Positions 19,212-29,169 are shown, counted from the first letter of the stretch. The stretch: DNA of 64,000 nucleotides from Ruminococcus sp. (GCA_022779485.1 JALFTC010000013.1:34240-98239), one strand, 5' to 3'. The notes: a model not told the origin generated them from the sequence alone. Program-made: numbers and translations.

Positions 19212-21083
19212 TTACATTGCAATAAAGGCTGTGCCCCTTGCGGGAACAATTACTCTGCCCTTTACAATTTCTGTACCCATCATTGGTTTTCCGTCATAGA
19301 TGGCGGCGGGAATGTCCATAATAACATCCACATCTCCTGTGTTAAAGGCACAGTAAATTCCGCTTTCTTTGTCATATCTCAGGTATGAAAGTACATTGCC
19401 CTTTGCGTAAACAGGCTGAAAATCTCCGTCCCAAAGTGCGGATATTGTCTGCCTCATAGCACCTAAATCGCTGTGCCACTTAACAAGCTCCTTGTCCTCG
19501 TTGCCCCAAGGATAGCAACATCTGTTGAATGGGTCACGGTATCCCTCCATTCCTGCCTCGTCACCGTAGTAAACGCAGGGGAATCCGGGAAGTGTATACT
19601 GTATTCCTGTGGCAATTCGCATAAGCTCCAAGCCTCTTTTACGCTGTTCCGGAGTCATACGAGTTTCTGACTGCCACTTTCTGTCTCTGCCGTTAAGGGG
19701 TTCACCTGCAAGCATTGTTAAAATTCTCTCGGTGTCGTGTGTGGAAAGGAGATTCATAAGAACCCTGATAACAGGCTTTGGATAATTTTCAAGTACGCTT
19801 AAAATTGTATCCATTGTATATTTGGAGTCTGTACCCTTGCAGTAGTCAAGGATAGCGTTTCTAAATACATAGTTCATAACGGAGTCAAGCTGATTGCCAA
19901 GTAGGAATTTTCTCCTTGCACCGTAGCTTTCCTTGTTAGATGCGTCCTCCCAAACCTCACCGATTACAAAACCCTCGGGATTTTCTGCCTTAACGGCTCT
20001 TCTGAGATTTTCAATAAAGGGGTCGGGTAGCTCGTCTGCAACATCAAGTCGCCAGCCGGAGTTACCACAGCGCATCCACTTTCTAACAATACCGTTTTCA
20101 CCGTTTATATATTCGTTAAATGCAGGGTCCTCCTCGTTAACCTCGGGAAGAGTGTAAAATCCCCACCAGCTGTTGTAGTTATCAGGCCAATTATTAAACT
20201 TGTACCAGCTGTAATAAGGGGAATTTTTATCCCTGTAAGCACCACCGTCACCGTAGTTTCCGCTACGATTAAAGTACTTTGAGTCACTTCCTGTGTGAGA
20301 ATAGACACCGTCGTTGATTATATGAATTCCAATTTTTGACGCCTCTTTGCAAAGAACTACAAAGTCCTCTTCAGTACCCAGCATAGGGTCAATCTGTGAG
20401 TAGTCCCCTGTGTCGTAACGGTGGTTGCTGTACGCTTTTGAAATAGGATTGAGGTAAATGCAGGTAACACCCAACTTTTTAAGGTAAGGCAGTTTTTCTG
20501 TAATACCCTTTAGGTCGCCCTGAAAAAAGTCTGTGTTGGTGATTTCACCCTGCTCGTTAGGCCACCACTGTGGAAGGCTCTCCCAGTCCTCCATAATAGT
20601 AAGGTCTGTTCTGTTAATCTCTTTCTTTTCACCGCTAAAGCAAAATCTGTCGGGAAAAATTTGGTACATTACACCGCCCACAGGCCACTTTGGAGTTTCA
20701 AAGCCTTTTTTGTAGCAGGTTATCTGCCAAGCTCTGCCCGGAGCCTCTGAAATGCAGGATTTTGTATCTACATCTGTGGGAACAATGTACCTGTCACCGT
20801 ACTGGGTGCGAAGTCTGAATCCGTGCCAATAAAGTCCAATTCTGTCGGCAACAAAGTCGCATTCCCACTTGTCGTAGTCGTTGTCGTGAATTCCAAACCA
20901 GTACATCTTGTGAAATTCCCAGTCGTAGTCCTCGTCAAACTTTATGCACAGCTCGGCATAGGAGCAGTGCAAATCCCTTGGAACACGAATGGTAAGGTGG
21001 ATTGTAGTGCCCTGTTCTACCGCACCAAAAGGAGTACGGTAATGTTTGTTTCTGGAGTCATAAGGAATTACCATTTTTATCAC
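19212..21083 (-). CDS. Cytoplasmic GH13 neopullulanase/cyclomaltodextrinase-like enzyme
   Basis: YQIFPDRF, GDLKGI, GWRLDVADE (nucleophile), GEVWED, LSTHDTER; no signal peptide. Confidence 0.85.
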   Translation of the reverse strand: MIKMVIPYDSRNKHYRTPFGAVEQGTTIHLTIRVPRDLHCSYAELCIKFDEDYDWEFHKMYWFGIHDNDYDKWECDFVADRIGLYWHGFRLRTQYGDRYIVPTDVDTKSCISEAPGRAWQITCYKKGFETPKWPVGGVMYQIFPDRFCFSGEKKEINRTDLTIMEDWESLPQWWPNEQGEITNTDFFQGDLKGITEKLPYLKKLGVTCIYLNPISKAYSNHRYDTGDYSQIDPMLGTEEDFVVLCKEASKIGIHIINDGVYSHTGSDSKYFNRSGNYGDGGAYRDKNSPYYSWYKFNNWPDNYNSWWGFYTLPEVNEEDPAFNEYINGENGIVRKWMRCGNSGWRLDVADELPDPFIENLRRAVKAENPEGFVIGEVWEDASNKESYGARRKFLLGNQLDSVMNYVFRNAILDYCKGTDSKYTMDTILSVLENYPKPVIRVLMNLLSTHDTERILTMLAGEPLNGRDRKWQSETRMTPEQRKRGLELMRIATGIQYTLPGFPCVYYGDEAGMEGYRDPFNRCCYPWGNEDKELVKWHSDLGAMRQTISALWDGDFQPVYAKGNVLSYLRYDKESGIYCAFNTGDVDVIMDIPAAIYDGKPMMGTEIVKGRVIVPARGTAFIAM

Positions 21084-21296
21084 CCTGTTTTGATAATACT
21101 GTAAGCAATTATACTATAATAATGTCTTTTTTTCAATAAAATATATGTTAGAAAAGTTCGATTTTAAGTAACAAATTAGAAAGAATGATTACAATATTAA
21201 TACTTTACTTTTTCTTTTGACATATTAACACTATAATGAGAGTATAGAAAATATCGTTTAGTTTAGAAAATACGGTTTGCGAAAGGTTGTGTCGAT

Positions 21297-21758
21297 ATGG
21301 ACAGACAGATTATTTTTGTAGGAGGAAAGAGGTTTACTATCGTTACTGACGAAAGCGAAGCCTATATGAAAAAGCTGGTTGAAAGAGTTGACACAAGGCT
21401 AAAGTCAATTATTTCCTCAAACCCAAAGTTAGATAAGGATTCAGCCGCCATACTTGCCTCTTTGGACTACTGTGACGAGGAGTACAAGCTCCGCCAAAAG
21501 CTTGAGGATGTTAAGGAGCAGATTAAGGATTACATTGAAGATACTGCAAGGCTCCACAAGGAAATTGCCCAGTTAAAGGCACAAAATGTGATTTTGCAGG
21601 ACAAGATTAACAAAATCCTCAACATCACTCCAACAGAGGATAAAAAGACACAGCAAAAGGAAAAGAAGATTATAGCCACAGGCAAAATAGAACATTCTGT
21701 TCCAAAAATTTTAGACGGTGCTGTTCAGCAGAGCCTTTTTAACAATGAAAAAAATTGA
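21297..21758 (+). CDS. zapA: Cell division protein ZapA with a C-terminal extension
   Basis: IFVGGKRFTIVTDESEAYMKKLVERVD...AAILASLD ZapA pattern, then a coiled coil and a disordered tail. Confidence 0.8.
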   Translation: MDRQIIFVGGKRFTIVTDESEAYMKKLVERVDTRLKSIISSNPKLDKDSAAILASLDYCDEEYKLRQKLEDVKEQIKDYIEDTARLHKEIAQLKAQNVILQDKINKILNITPTEDKKTQQKEKKIIATGKIEHSVPKILDGAVQQSLFNNEKN

Positions 21759-23796
21759 GATTTTAGCTCCCTGCGGAGGTATTGACTCTGTAATCAGCAG
21801 TGTAAACAGCGGTGCAGACGCTGTTTACCTTGGACTTAAGGACTTTTCCGCAAGGAAGGACGCAAAAAATTTTACATTTGACGAGCTTAATCAGGCTGTT
21901 TCCTACTGTCACATCAGGGGAGTAAAGGTTTATGTCACAATGAACACCCTGATTTTTGACAGCGAGATGAAGTCGGCACTTGAAACTGTAAAAAGGGCAA
22001 CTGACTGCAACATTGACGCATTGATTGTACAGGATATTGGCTTTGCAAGTCTTGTGAGGAAAGCCTGTCCAAAGTTACCTTTGCACGGCTCAACACAGAT
22101 GAGTATTCACACCCTCAGCGGGGCAAAAATGCTGAAAGATATGGGCTTTAAAAGGGTTGTTTTAAGCCGTGAAATGTCAAGAGAAGAGATAAAGTATATC
22201 GCAGATAATTGCGATATTGAGTTAGAGGTTTTTGTCCACGGGGCGCTTTGTATGAGCGTCAGCGGTCAGTGCTACTTTTCCGCAATGCTTGGCGGTCGCA
22301 GTGGTAACAGAGGCCGTTGCGCCCAAACCTGCCGACTTCCCTTTACAGTCAAGGGCAACGACCACGCACTTAGCCTGAAGGATAATTCAATCATTGACTA
22401 CATTGACGATATGGCCGAAATCGGCATAACCTCGGCAAAAATTGAGGGCAGAATGAAACGCCCCGAATATGTTTCCTCTGCTGTCCGTGCCTGTTACGAA
22501 AAGAGGGAAAAGGGTTTTATTTCCCAAAAAACATTGGAAAATTTAAGGAATGTTTTTTCCCGAACAGGCTTTACACAGGGATATTACACAGGTCAGTTGG
22601 GCAGGGAAATGTTTGGCTTTCGCAAAAGAGAGGATGTAATTTCCGCAACAGAAAGCCTTTTTAAGGAAATTCGCAATTCATACAAGGACGAAATGCCAAG
22701 AGTTCCCCTTAAGGGGAAATTTACTGCAAGGCTTGGGGAATTTCCGATATTCGAAATCACAGACGGTGAAAATACAGTTGCTGTAAAGGGAGAAGAACAG
22801 GCGGAAAAAGCCATAAAACTCCCACTTGACAGGGAAAAGGCTGAAAAACAGCTTTCAAAAACAGGTGGAACTCCCTTTTATTTTGACAATATTTCCACAG
22901 AAATTGAGGATAATATAAGTATCCCCATTTCGTCCCTTAACAAGCTAAGACGAAATGCTTTGGATGAAATTGCAGACAAGAGGGATTTTTCTCACCACTA
23001 CTCCTTTACAATGCCAAGCCTTAGTATTACCCCTGCAAACCAAGGAATTACGGAAAAAAGGGCAGAGGTAAAGAAAATTGACAGCAATATAAGCACTGAA
23101 TATGACCTTGTGTATGTTCCCATTGACTCAAAGGATGAGGATATTTCTTACCTTAGGTCAAAGGGTATAGAGGTTGGTGTGTCAGTTCCACGAGGACTAT
23201 TTGGCAGAGAAGAAAAAGTCATCAGCAGATTAAAGGAACTAAAAGAAAAGGGAATAAATCATCTGCTGTGCAACAACCTCGGTGCTGTCTATTTTGGCAA
23301 GGCACTTGGGTTTAAGGTACACGGCGGAGAATTTTTAAACCTTACAAATACATTTTCCCTAATTTGGGCAGAGGATTACGGTCTTGAGGATGTAACACTT
23401 TCCATTGAGCTTACTGTGGAGCAGATTAACGCACTTGGGGGAAATATAAGGAGAGGTGTTGTCGCCTACGGATATATACCACTTATGCTCACTCGGAACT
23501 GCCCTGTAAAAAGCGGAAATGAGGATTGCAGAACTTGCAAAAAAAGAGGAAAAATGCAAGACCGTAAGAATTACCAATTTTCTCTATATTGCGACGGAAT
23601 TTGCACTGAGGTACTGAATTCGGTACCGCTTTTAATTCCTGAAAGGAATAAAAAAGAGTTTTTCACATTTTTCACAACGGACAGGTTCTATGTGGAAAAC
23701 TATGTGGAAAAAGTGGAAAACTACAAGGGAAACCATAGTAAAACTCTGGAAAAAGTTAATTTTACCCGTGGATTGTATTATCGTGGGGTTAAATAA
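21745..23796 (+). CDS. U32 family protein with a long C-terminal region (RlhA/TrhP-like RNA hydroxylation protein; start moved to ATG 21745)
   Basis: EILAPCG, GADAVYLG, HGSTQM, HGALCMSVSGQC...NRGRCAQTCR Fe-S cysteines, KIEGRMK, terminal FTRGLYYRGV. Confidence 0.85.
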   Translation: MKKIEILAPCGGIDSVISSVNSGADAVYLGLKDFSARKDAKNFTFDELNQAVSYCHIRGVKVYVTMNTLIFDSEMKSALETVKRATDCNIDALIVQDIGFASLVRKACPKLPLHGSTQMSIHTLSGAKMLKDMGFKRVVLSREMSREEIKYIADNCDIELEVFVHGALCMSVSGQCYFSAMLGGRSGNRGRCAQTCRLPFTVKGNDHALSLKDNSIIDYIDDMAEIGITSAKIEGRMKRPEYVSSAVRACYEKREKGFISQKTLENLRNVFSRTGFTQGYYTGQLGREMFGFRKREDVISATESLFKEIRNSYKDEMPRVPLKGKFTARLGEFPIFEITDGENTVAVKGEEQAEKAIKLPLDREKAEKQLSKTGGTPFYFDNISTEIEDNISIPISSLNKLRRNALDEIADKRDFSHHYSFTMPSLSITPANQGITEKRAEVKKIDSNISTEYDLVYVPIDSKDEDISYLRSKGIEVGVSVPRGLFGREEKVISRLKELKEKGINHLLCNNLGAVYFGKALGFKVHGGEFLNLTNTFSLIWAEDYGLEDVTLSIELTVEQINALGGNIRRGVVAYGYIPLMLTRNCPVKSGNEDCRTCKKRGKMQDRKNYQFSLYCDGICTEVLNSVPLLIPERNKKEFFTFFTTDRFYVENYVEKVENYKGNHSKTLEKVNFTRGLYYRGVK

Positions 23797-23841
23797 TGTG
23801 AAAAACTTTATATTTTGTTAAAAGAATATTTATGTGGAAAA
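23659..23841. promoter_or_regulatory. DnaA-box cluster (6 exact TTWTNCACA plus 2 single-mismatch sites)
   Basis: Plus strand: TTTTTCACA 23659-67 and 23668-76. Minus strand: TGTGGAAAA 23691-99, 23703-11, 23833-41 and TGTGAAAAA 23797-805; near matches AGTGGAAAA 23712-20 and TCTGGAAAA ~23746. Confidence 0.75.
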
Positions 23842-23867
23842 CTTTTATTTTCTGTTACAGAATTAAT

Positions 23868-23896
23868 TTGTGAAGTGTTTATTAACAGTTTATAAT
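23868..23896 (+). promoter_or_regulatory. Putative dut promoter
   Basis: TTGTGA-17 bp-TATAAT immediately downstream of the last DnaA box. Confidence 0.5.
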
Positions 23897-23979
23897 TATA
23901 TTATTTTAAAGAATTTATATAGAGAATTAAGAACATAAAATTGCAAGATAACATAGATTTTTGCAGGAAGGTGGAGTAA

Positions 23980-24423
23980 ATGGAAACATTAAAGATAAAA
24001 AGGATACGAAAGGATGCAAAAATCCCAAAAAGGGCAACTCCCGGCTCGGCAGGTATGGACTTGTGCGCCTGTATTGAACAGGAGGTCACAATAAACCCCG
24101 GCGATTTGGTGATAATTCCAACAGGAATTGCCATTGCTCTGCCCTCAAATAAATATATGGCAAACATCTATGCCCGCAGCGGATTGGGAGTGAAACACGG
24201 GATTTGCCTTTCTAACGGTGTGGGTGTTGTTGACAGCGACTACCGTGGGGAAGTTTGCGTTGGTCTTTGTAATGTTTCAAAAAAACCATACACCGTAACA
24301 CCGGGAGAAAGAGTTGCCCAGCTTGTGACTCAACCTGTTTCTGTTATGGAAACTGAAGAGGTGGATGAATTGGACGACACTTCCCGAGGGGAAGGTGGCT
24401 TTGGCTCAACAGGAAAAAAATAA
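23980..24423 (+). CDS. dut: dUTP pyrophosphatase
   Basis: GSAGMDL, ARSGL, GVVDSDYRGE, RGEGGFGSTG. Confidence 0.96.
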   Translation: METLKIKRIRKDAKIPKRATPGSAGMDLCACIEQEVTINPGDLVIIPTGIAIALPSNKYMANIYARSGLGVKHGICLSNGVGVVDSDYRGEVCVGLCNVSKKPYTVTPGERVAQLVTQPVSVMETEEVDELDDTSRGEGGFGSTGKK

Positions 24424-24456
24424 TTTTCTCCGCCTGCTTAATACCCCTTATTGCAG

Positions 24457-24485
24457 TTGAAAATTACAAATTTTTAGGGTATAAT
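24457..24485 (+). promoter_or_regulatory. SigA-type promoter of the mreB operon
   Basis: TTGAAA-17 bp-TATAAT. Confidence 0.7.
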
Positions 24486-24555
24486 ATTTTGGAAAAACAC
24501 TTAAGGAAACACTGAATAAATCACATTGAAAGATTGTGAAAGGTAGATTGATAAT

Positions 24556-25563
24556 ATGTTTACTAAAGACATTGGTATAGATTTGGGAACAGCCAACACC
24601 CTTGTTTATATGAAGGGAAAGGGAATTGTACTGCGTGAACCCTCTGTTGTTGCTGTTGATATTCGTCAGGACACCGTACTTGCAGTTGGCGCTCAGGCTA
24701 AGGAGATGATAGGCAGAACTCCCGGCTCTATCGCCGCCATAAGACCTCTTAAGGACGGAGTTATTGCCGACTTTGAGATTACGGCAATTATGCTGAAGCA
24801 CTTTATCCGCAAGGTTGTTCACAGCAACTTTTTCTCCCGTCCCAGAATAGTTATTTGTATTCCAAGCGGAGTTACTCAGGTTGAAAGACGAGCTGTTGAG
24901 GACGCCGCCATTCAGGCAGGCGGTAAGGATGTTGAGCTTATTGAAGAGCCTATGGCTGCCGCTATCGGTGCAGGACTTCCTGTTGCAGAGCCAACAGGAA
25001 GTATGGTTGTTGACATTGGCGGAGGTACATCCGAGGTTGCAGTAATTTCCCTTGGTGACATTGTTGCCCACAATTCCGTAAGGGTTGCCGGTGACAAATT
25101 TGACGAGGCAATTATGACCTACATCAAGAAGAAGTATGGACTTACCATTGGTGAAAGAACAGCCGAAGAGATTAAAATGGAAATCGGCTCTGCTTTTCCT
25201 CACGAAAACGAAGGAAGTATGACAATCAAGGGCAGAAATACCATTGACGGACTTCCAAAGGATGTTACCATTACAGCAGAAGAGGTGAGGAATGCACTTG
25301 CATCTCCCCTTGCAGCGATTATTGACGGAGTACTTGACACCCTTGAAAAAACTCCGCCTGAGCTTGCCGCCGACATTATCGACAGAGGAATTACCCTCAC
25401 AGGCGGCGGAGCATTACTAAAGGGCATTGATTTACTTGTAAGCAAACAGACAGGTATTCCTGTTCACATTGCAGACAGACCTCTTGACTGCGTAGCAGAC
25501 GGCGCAGGAAAAAGGCTTGAAACTGTAATGCCAAAGGAATATTACCGTGACAGAAGAAGATAA
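24556..25563 (+). CDS. mreB: Rod shape-determining actin MreB
   Basis: [39 protein letters not shown]. Confidence 0.96.
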   Translation: MFTKDIGIDLGTANTLVYMKGKGIVLREPSVVAVDIRQDTVLAVGAQAKEMIGRTPGSIAAIRPLKDGVIADFEITAIMLKHFIRKVVHSNFFSRPRIVICIPSGVTQVERRAVEDAAIQAGGKDVELIEEPMAAAIGAGLPVAEPTGSMVVDIGGGTSEVAVISLGDIVAHNSVRVAGDKFDEAIMTYIKKKYGLTIGERTAEEIKMEIGSAFPHENEGSMTIKGRNTIDGLPKDVTITAEEVRNALASPLAAIIDGVLDTLEKTPPELAADIIDRGITLTGGGALLKGIDLLVSKQTGIPVHIADRPLDCVADGAGKRLETVMPKEYYRDRRR

Positions 25564-25575
25564 AAGGCAAAAAGA

Positions 25576-25676
25576 AACCCCACAATTTTGTTGTGGGGTT
25601 ATGGTTATATAACCCACTTCACTCTGTCATTATATTCCACCCTTGTTATGACATAATGGTGCGGAATGACAGAGTA
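25576..25676. repeat. Two hairpins in the mreB-mreC spacer; the second resembles a degenerate REP doublet
   Basis: AACCCCACAA/TTGTGGGGTT; ACTCTGTCATT...AATGACAGAGT, sharing the CTGTCATT/GAATGACAG core with other repeats in the window. Confidence 0.55.
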
Positions 25677-25764
25677 GTTGTAATTAAAAAAATTAATTCT
25701 GCATTTTGCATTCTGACTTTCGCATTCCCATCCCCCTCCGTTGGAGGTTTTTATAAAGAGGTTT

Positions 25765-26625
25765 ATGATGAAGGATATTTTTAAAACGAAAAATTTTAAA
25801 ATTCTCATAGCAACGCTTATCATTATTATAATGTGCATAGGCGTATCTTCTGTTTTTGACACAAGTATAATTTCCAGTACAGTTGGCTACATAACCACAG
25901 GTATGCAAAGGGTTTCAGCCACAGTAATCGGCGGAGAAAACAAAAAGTCCTATGATGAGCTTGAGGCGGAAAATCAACAGCTTAAAAAAGAGGTTGCATC
26001 CCTTAGAACCCGTCTTGCCGACTACGAGGATATTAAGGAAGAAAATGCAAGACTTTGGAAGTATTACGAACTAAAGCAGGAAAACAGCGGTTATGACTTT
26101 GTTCCGGCGTCAGTAATTCGCCGTGACCCGGGGGAACTTTTCTACTCCTTTACAATAGACAGAGGAACAGGAGATGACATTTCCTTAAACGACCCTGTTG
26201 TCACCGAAAACGGCCTTGTGGGATATATCAGCGAAGTAAATAGAAGTTACAGCAAGGTTACTACCATACTTTCTCCCGACCTTTTGGCAGGTGCAAAGGA
26301 TGTGAAGTCAAAGGACACAGGTGTTATTAACGGAGATGCAGATTACAGCGACAAGAACCTTGTTACAATGAAAAAGCTGGCAGAAAATAACAAGATAAAA
26401 GTGGGCGACCAGATTTCTACAACAGGTATCGGTGGAATGTACCCCGAAAACATTTCGGTTGGAAAAGTGAAAGAGGTTAAGTACGACCATTTTGATACAA
26501 GCCTTTATGCTGTTATTGAGCCTTATGAGGACATTCAGAATGTTTCTGATGTTGTGGTTGTCACCTCCTTTGACGGACAGGGTGTAATTGAGGAAGGCAG
26601 TTTGCCTGAAAATACGGAGGATTAG
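25765..26625 (+). CDS. mreC: Rod shape-determining protein MreC
   Basis: N-terminal TM, coiled coil, FTIDRGTGDDISLNDPVVTENGLVG, STTGIGGMYP. Confidence 0.92.
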   Translation: MMKDIFKTKNFKILIATLIIIIMCIGVSSVFDTSIISSTVGYITTGMQRVSATVIGGENKKSYDELEAENQQLKKEVASLRTRLADYEDIKEENARLWKYYELKQENSGYDFVPASVIRRDPGELFYSFTIDRGTGDDISLNDPVVTENGLVGYISEVNRSYSKVTTILSPDLLAGAKDVKSKDTGVINGDADYSDKNLVTMKKLAENNKIKVGDQISTTGIGGMYPENISVGKVKEVKYDHFDTSLYAVIEPYEDIQNVSDVVVVTSFDGQGVIEEGSLPENTED

Positions 26626-26626
26626 T

Positions 26627-27142
26627 ATGGAAAGGAAGTACACCGTTCTCCGATATATGGCTTACAGCTTGGAAATACTGATTTTTTACATAATTCAAGG
26701 TGTGCCTGACCTTATCCCCAATGTGTTGGGGGGCAAACCCCTTTTGCTTATTCCCGTTGCCTTAACTATCGCCTGTTTTGAAAACGAAGTTCCTGCAATG
26801 GCTTTTGGCGTAGCCTGTGGCGGTATGATGGACTTTGGCGTTGGCACACATTTTGGCTTTTACACAATAGCCTTGGCGATAGTTTGTTTTTTCGTGGGAT
26901 ACTTTGCCGAAAATTATTTCAACACAAAGCTTGTTATTACTTTGATTATCTCTCTTGTGCTAATCCCCTTATTAATTAGCCTGAACTTTGTTATTAACTA
27001 TATTTTTGCAGGCTTCTCAAAGGGCGGTTACTACTTTGTTCATCACACCCTTGCTACTATGGGATACACATTTGTTACAGTTCCTGTTTTTTACGGAATA
27101 AACAGAGTGCTTAGCAGAGGTTTTAACGATAATTTGTTCTAA
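26627..27142 (+). CDS. mreD: Rod shape-determining protein MreD (start moved to ATG 26627)
   Basis: Hydrophobic; FGVACGGMMD pattern; position in operon. Confidence 0.85.
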   Translation: MERKYTVLRYMAYSLEILIFYIIQGVPDLIPNVLGGKPLLLIPVALTIACFENEVPAMAFGVACGGMMDFGVGTHFGFYTIALAIVCFFVGYFAENYFNTKLVITLIISLVLIPLLISLNFVINYIFAGFSKGGYYFVHHTLATMGYTFVTVPVFYGINRVLSRGFNDNLF

Positions 27143-27165
27143 ACGATAAATTTGGAGGTGGTTAT

Positions 27166-29169
27166 TTGGATACAGAAAGATATAGACGCAGGGGAATTCT
27201 TGTCCTGATAATCGCCCTGGTATTTTTTGCAGTTTTTGTTGTCAGGCTGTTCTTTTGGCAGGTTGTAGAGGGTGACAAGTACAAGGATATTGCATTAAAC
27301 AGCACAACCTTTTCACTTTCCTCCAACAGTACAAGGGGTGAGATTCTGACTTCTGACGGAAAGCCCCTTGCCACAAACAAAACTATTTACAACATTACCT
27401 TTAAAAAGAATTATGTAAAAGAAGAAAGTCTTAACGGCACCATACAAAAGGTGCTGAAAATTATGAAAATCCGCAACGAAAAGTGGGTGGATATGCTTCC
27501 CATAAAATACAGTAACGGCGGATATTCCTTTACAAATGACGATACAACACAGGACTCTCTTACATTTTTGCAGGGCGAAAGTATGCTTGACACCGGTGTT
27601 TATACTATGCCACAGCAGTATATGGAGGACCTTATAAAAAGGTATGAATGTGAAAATATTAAGGACAAAAATGAGCAAAGGGATGTAATTTCCGTCCGCT
27701 TTAATATGGAAATGCAAAACTTTAGCTCTGTAAACGACTACACCTTTGCCGAGGATGTCAGCAACGATATGATGCAGATTATCTGTGAAAATAATCAAAA
27801 GTTTGACGGTGTTGAAATCACCACAACAGTTGAAAGGCAGTACCTGAACGGTACACTTGCACCTCACATTGTGGGAACAGTGGGACAAATCAACGCCGAG
27901 GAATACGAGGACAAAAAGGACAAGGGTTACGGCTACAACGACCTTATCGGTAAGTTCGGCATTGAGAGAGTTTTTGAAAGTCAGCTTAGGGGCGAAGCCG
28001 GAAAGGCTTATATTGAAAGGAACAACAACGGCTCTGTTGTCCGCACAGTTGAGGCACAGGACGCAAAGCCGGGTAATTCCGTTTGGCTCACCATTGACAG
28101 CGAACTTCAAAAAATTGCTGATGATTCACTAAAATATAATGTTGACACCTGCCACAGCGAGGAGGCAAAGGACTGTGTAGCCGGTGCTGTTGTTATGCTT
28201 GATGTAAAGGACTTTTCCGTACTGGCGGCTGCTACCTACCCAAGCTATGATTTGTCAAAATACAACAACTACAAGTACTATTCAAAGCTTGCAAATGACG
28301 AAACAAGTCCCCTTTATTCCAGGGCATTCAGCGGTGCTTTTGCACCCGGCTCTGTGTTCAAGCCCTGTGTTGCACTTGCCGGTCTTGAGGAGGGCAAAAT
28401 CACAGAGAACAGCACTATTGTTTGTACCCAAAACTACGACTACTACCCAACGGATATTGTAAGGTGTATGGGATATCACAACGGAATTAGTCTTAACACA
28501 GCACTTGCAGTTTCCTGTAACTATTACTTTGCCGAGGTGGGCAGAAAGCTGGGAATTAACACCATTTACAGCTATGCCGAAAAGTTCGGTTTGGGACTTC
28601 CCACAGGTGTTGAGATTGACGAAAGCACAGGTATCCTTGCCGGTCGTGACAGTACCCATTGGACAGCCGGTAACACCGTTCAGGCGGCAATAGGTCAAAG
28701 TGACAATGCCTTTACACCTGCACAGCTTGCCACATATGTGGCAACAATAGCCAACGACGGCACAAGGCTTAAAACTCACCTTGTGGATAAAGTCACCACC
28801 TATGACAGAGAAAAAACCGTTGAAAAAACAGAGAGTGAAGTGGAGTCCACACTTAAGGTTGACAAGAAAAATCTTAAGGCAGTTCAAGAGGGTATGTGGA
28901 GCGTCTGCAACGAAGAGGACGGCACAGCCTACGGTATCTTCGGAAATTACGGTGTTGAGGTTGCCGCAAAAACAGGTACAGCGGAAAACAGCGGAACAGA
29001 CCACACAGTGTTTATGTGCTATGCCCCCTATGACAAGCCTGAGGTTGCAGTTGCTGTGGTAATTGAACACGGTGCTTTGAAGAAGTATTCCTGTGATGTT
29101 GCAAAAGCACTTTTGGACAAATACTTTTTTGATAAGGACTATGAACCGCAGAGTAATATGCTTTCTTAG
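27166..29169 (+). CDS. mrdA: Class B penicillin-binding protein 2 (elongasome transpeptidase; TTG start)
   Basis: RGEILTSDG; SxxK (GSVFK), SxN (SCN), KTG; follows mreBCD. Confidence 0.88.
   Translation: MDTERYRRRGILVLIIALVFFAVFVVRLFFWQVVEGDKYKDIALNSTTFSLSSNSTRGEILTSDGKPLATNKTIYNITFKKNYVKEESLNGTIQKVLKIMKIRNEKWVDMLPIKYSNGGYSFTNDDTTQDSLTFLQGESMLDTGVYTMPQQYMEDLIKRYECENIKDKNEQRDVISVRFNMEMQNFSSVNDYTFAEDVSNDMMQIICENNQKFDGVEITTTVERQYLNGTLAPHIVGTVGQINAEEYEDKKDKGYGYNDLIGKFGIERVFESQLRGEAGKAYIERNNNGSVVRTVEAQDAKPGNSVWLTIDSELQKIADDSLKYNVDTCHSEEAKDCVAGAVVMLDVKDFSVLAAATYPSYDLSKYNNYKYYSKLANDETSPLYSRAFSGAFAPGSVFKPCVALAGLEEGKITENSTIVCTQNYDYYPTDIVRCMGYHNGISLNTALAVSCNYYFAEVGRKLGINTIYSYAEKFGLGLPTGVEIDESTGILAGRDSTHWTAGNTVQAAIGQSDNAFTPAQLATYVATIANDGTRLKTHLVDKVTTYDREKTVEKTESEVESTLKVDKKNLKAVQEGMWSVCNEEDGTAYGIFGNYGVEVAAKTGTAENSGTDHTVFMCYAPYDKPEVAVAVVIEHGALKKYSCDVAKALLDKYFFDKDYEPQSNMLS

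Noticed and set aside
24448-25203. 251-aa antisense ORF over mreB
   Set aside because: Fully overlaps a conserved gene, shows no recognisable motif; typical antisense shadow of biased codon usage.
28782-28790. Isolated perfect DnaA box (TGTGGATAA) in pbp2, plus a TTATTCACA near 51452
   Set aside because: Single sites are expected by chance in 64 kb.
27313-29070. Two ~260-aa antisense ORFs over pbp2
   Set aside because: Shadow ORFs with no recognisable family features.
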